A stretch of 64,000 bases of DNA from Eledone cirrhosa (taxonomy: Eukaryota). Shown here in pieces: positions 61,851 to 64,000 of the stretch. Each line of letters begins with the position of its first letter. Position 1 is the first letter of the stretch. Where the stretch lies: the NCBI GenBank assembly GCA_964016885.1, contig OZ024741.1, positions 414,656,001 through 414,720,000 of the forward strand. The letters are read 5' to 3'. The notes under the pieces were generated by a model that saw only the letters and a program-made list of their open reading frames with translations, was not told where the DNA came from and searched no databases. Made by a program: the position numbers and the translations under genes.

Positions 61851-64000
61851 TCACACATACTTTGGTCTGACACTCTACCGAGTATAAGACACCAGGAGGC
61901 CTACATCACACGTACTTTGGTCTGACACTCTACCGAATATAAGACACCAGGAGACCTACATCACACGTACTTTGGTCTGACACTCTACCGAGTATAAGAC
62001 ACCAGGAGACCTACCTCACACGTACTTTGGTCTGACACTCTACCGAATATAAGACACCAGGAGACCTACATCACACATACTTTGGTCTTACACTCTACCG
62101 AGTATAAGACACCGCGAGACCTACATCACACATACTTTGGTCTTACACTCTACCAAGTATAAGACACCAGGAGACCTACATCACACATACTTTTGTCTGA
62201 CACTCTACCGAGTATAAGACACCAGGAGACCTACATCACACATACTTTGGTCTTACACTCTACCGAGTATAAGACACCAGGAGAACTACATCACACATAC
62301 TTTGGTCTTATACTCTACCAAGTATAAGACACCAGGAGACCTACATCACACATATTTTGGTCTTACACTCTACCAAGTATAAGACACCAGGAGACCTACA
62401 TCACACATACTTTGATCTGACACTCTACCGCGTATAACACACCAGGAGACCTACATCACACATACTTTGGTCTGACACTCTACCAAGTATAACACACGAG
62501 GAGACCTACATCGCACATACTTTGGTCTGACACTCTACCGAGTATAACACACCAGGAGACCTACATCACACATACTTTGGTCTGACACTCTACCGAGTAT
62601 AACACACCAGGAGACCTACAGCACACATACTTTGGTCTCACACTCTACCGAGTATAACACACCAGGAGACCTACATCGCACATACTTTGGTCTCACACTC
62701 TACCGAGTATAACACACCAGAAGACCTACATCGCACATACTTTGGTGTGACACTCTACCTATTATAGGACACCAGGAGACCTACATAAACACATACATAG
62801 GTTTAACACACTACCGAGTATAAGACACCAGGAGACCTACATCGCACATACATAGGTCTGACGCTCTACCGAGTATAAGACACCAGGAGACCTACATCAC
62901 ACATACTTTGGTCTGACACTCTACCGACTATAAGACACTAGGAGACCTACATCACACGTACTTTGGTCTGACACTCTACCGAGTATAAGACACCAGGAGA
63001 CCTACAGCACACATACTTTGATCTGACACTCTACCGAGTATAAGACACCAGGAGACCTACATCACACGTACTTTGGTCTGACACTCTACCGAGTATAACA
63101 CACCAGGAGACCTACATCACACATACATAGATCTGACACTCTACCGCGTATAAGACACCAGGAGACCTACATCACACGTACTTTGGTCTGACACTCTACC
63201 GAGTATAAGACACCAGGAGACTTACATCACACGTACTTTGGTCTGACACTCTACCCAGTATAAGACACCGGAAGACCTACATCACACGTACTTTGGTCTG
63301 ACACTCTACCGAGTATAAGACACCAGGAGACCTACATCACACGTACTTTGGTCTGACACTCTACCGAGTATAAGACACCAGGAGACCTACATCACACATA
63401 CATAGGTTTAACACTCTACCGAGTATAAGACACCAGGAGACCTACATCACACATACATAGGTTTAACACTCTACTGAGTATAAGACACCAGGAGACCTAC
63501 ATCACACATACTTTGGTCTGACACTCTACCGAGTATAAGACACCAGGAGACCTACATCACACATACTTTGGTCTGACACTCTACCGAGTATAAGACACCA
63601 GGAGACCTACATCACACGTACTTTGGTCTTACACTCTACCGAGTATAAGACACCAGGAGGCCTACATCACACGTACTTTGGTCTGACACTCTACCGAATA
63701 TAAGACACCAGGAGACCTACATCACACGTACTTTGGTCTGACACTCTACCGAGTATAAGACACCAGGAGACCTACATCACACGTACTTTGGTCTGACACT
63801 CTACCGAGTATAAGACACCAGGAGACCTACATCACATGTACTTTGGTCTGACACTCTACCAAGTATAAGCCACCAGGAGACCTACATCACACATACTTTG
63901 GTCTGACACTTTACCGAGTATAAGACACCAGGAGACTTACATCACACGTACTTTGGTCTCACACTCTACCAAGTATAAGTCACCAGGAGACCTACAGCAC

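Larger units (their letters stand above)
1..64000. repeat. 55-bp tandem satellite array (~1,160 monomers, single orientation, truncated by both window edges)
   Basis: The unit tgacactcta ccgagtataa gacaccagga gacctacatc acacatactt tggtc (55 nt) recurs continuously from position 1 to 64000. Most copies differ from consensus by 0-4 substitutions, with occasional 1-2 bp indels. No non-repeat sequence was seen. Confidence 0.99.

Noticed and set aside
1-64000. CRISPR array or repeat-spacer system
   Set aside because: There are no unique spacers. The whole 55 bp is repeated with only point variants, and there is no cas gene or leader in the window.
1-64000. Repetitive protein-coding ORF
   Set aside because: 55 is not a multiple of 3. 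On the + strand TGA (monomer position 1) and TAA (position 18) close every frame within ~30 codons in the consensus. On the - strand TGA, TAG and TAG fall in all three frames within each consensus monomer.
1-64000. Sequencing or rolling-circle concatemer artefact of a single 55-mer
   Set aside because: Variants recur in conserved order at several different multi-kb periods, which random read error or a single circular template would not produce. Copy number of the youngest duplications still needs read support.

Overview
The whole 64 kb window is one uninterrupted, head-to-tail tandem array (satellite DNA) of a 55-bp monomer. The consensus is TGACACTCTACCGAGTATAAGACACCAGGAGACCTACATCACAC(A/G)TACTTTGGTC (~45% GC, + strand ~62% A+C), in about 1,160 copies, and the array runs off both ends of the window. 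I found no protein-coding gene, RNA gene, CRISPR spacer, transposon insertion or inversion. Rare monomer variants used as markers show a nested higher-order repeat (HOR) history. There are 2.1-3.0 kb duplications at 1-7 kb, and a ~5.55 kb (100-104-mer) HOR in four copies at ~11.9-34.2 kb, organised by an 11,271-bp duplication. There are also 1.5-1.8 kb and 3.4-8.3 kb duplications at 37-56 kb, a ~3.08 kb (56-mer) unit near 57.5-62 kb, and a more diverged zone at the 3' end. Both monomer CpGs show both deamination products, suggesting a CpG-methylated eukaryotic heterochromatic array. The monomer has two overlapping, mutually exclusive imperfect hairpins. I cannot assign the satellite family, organism or function from sequence alone, and I see no direct evidence of a novel gene system. 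All coordinates and spacings were read by eye.
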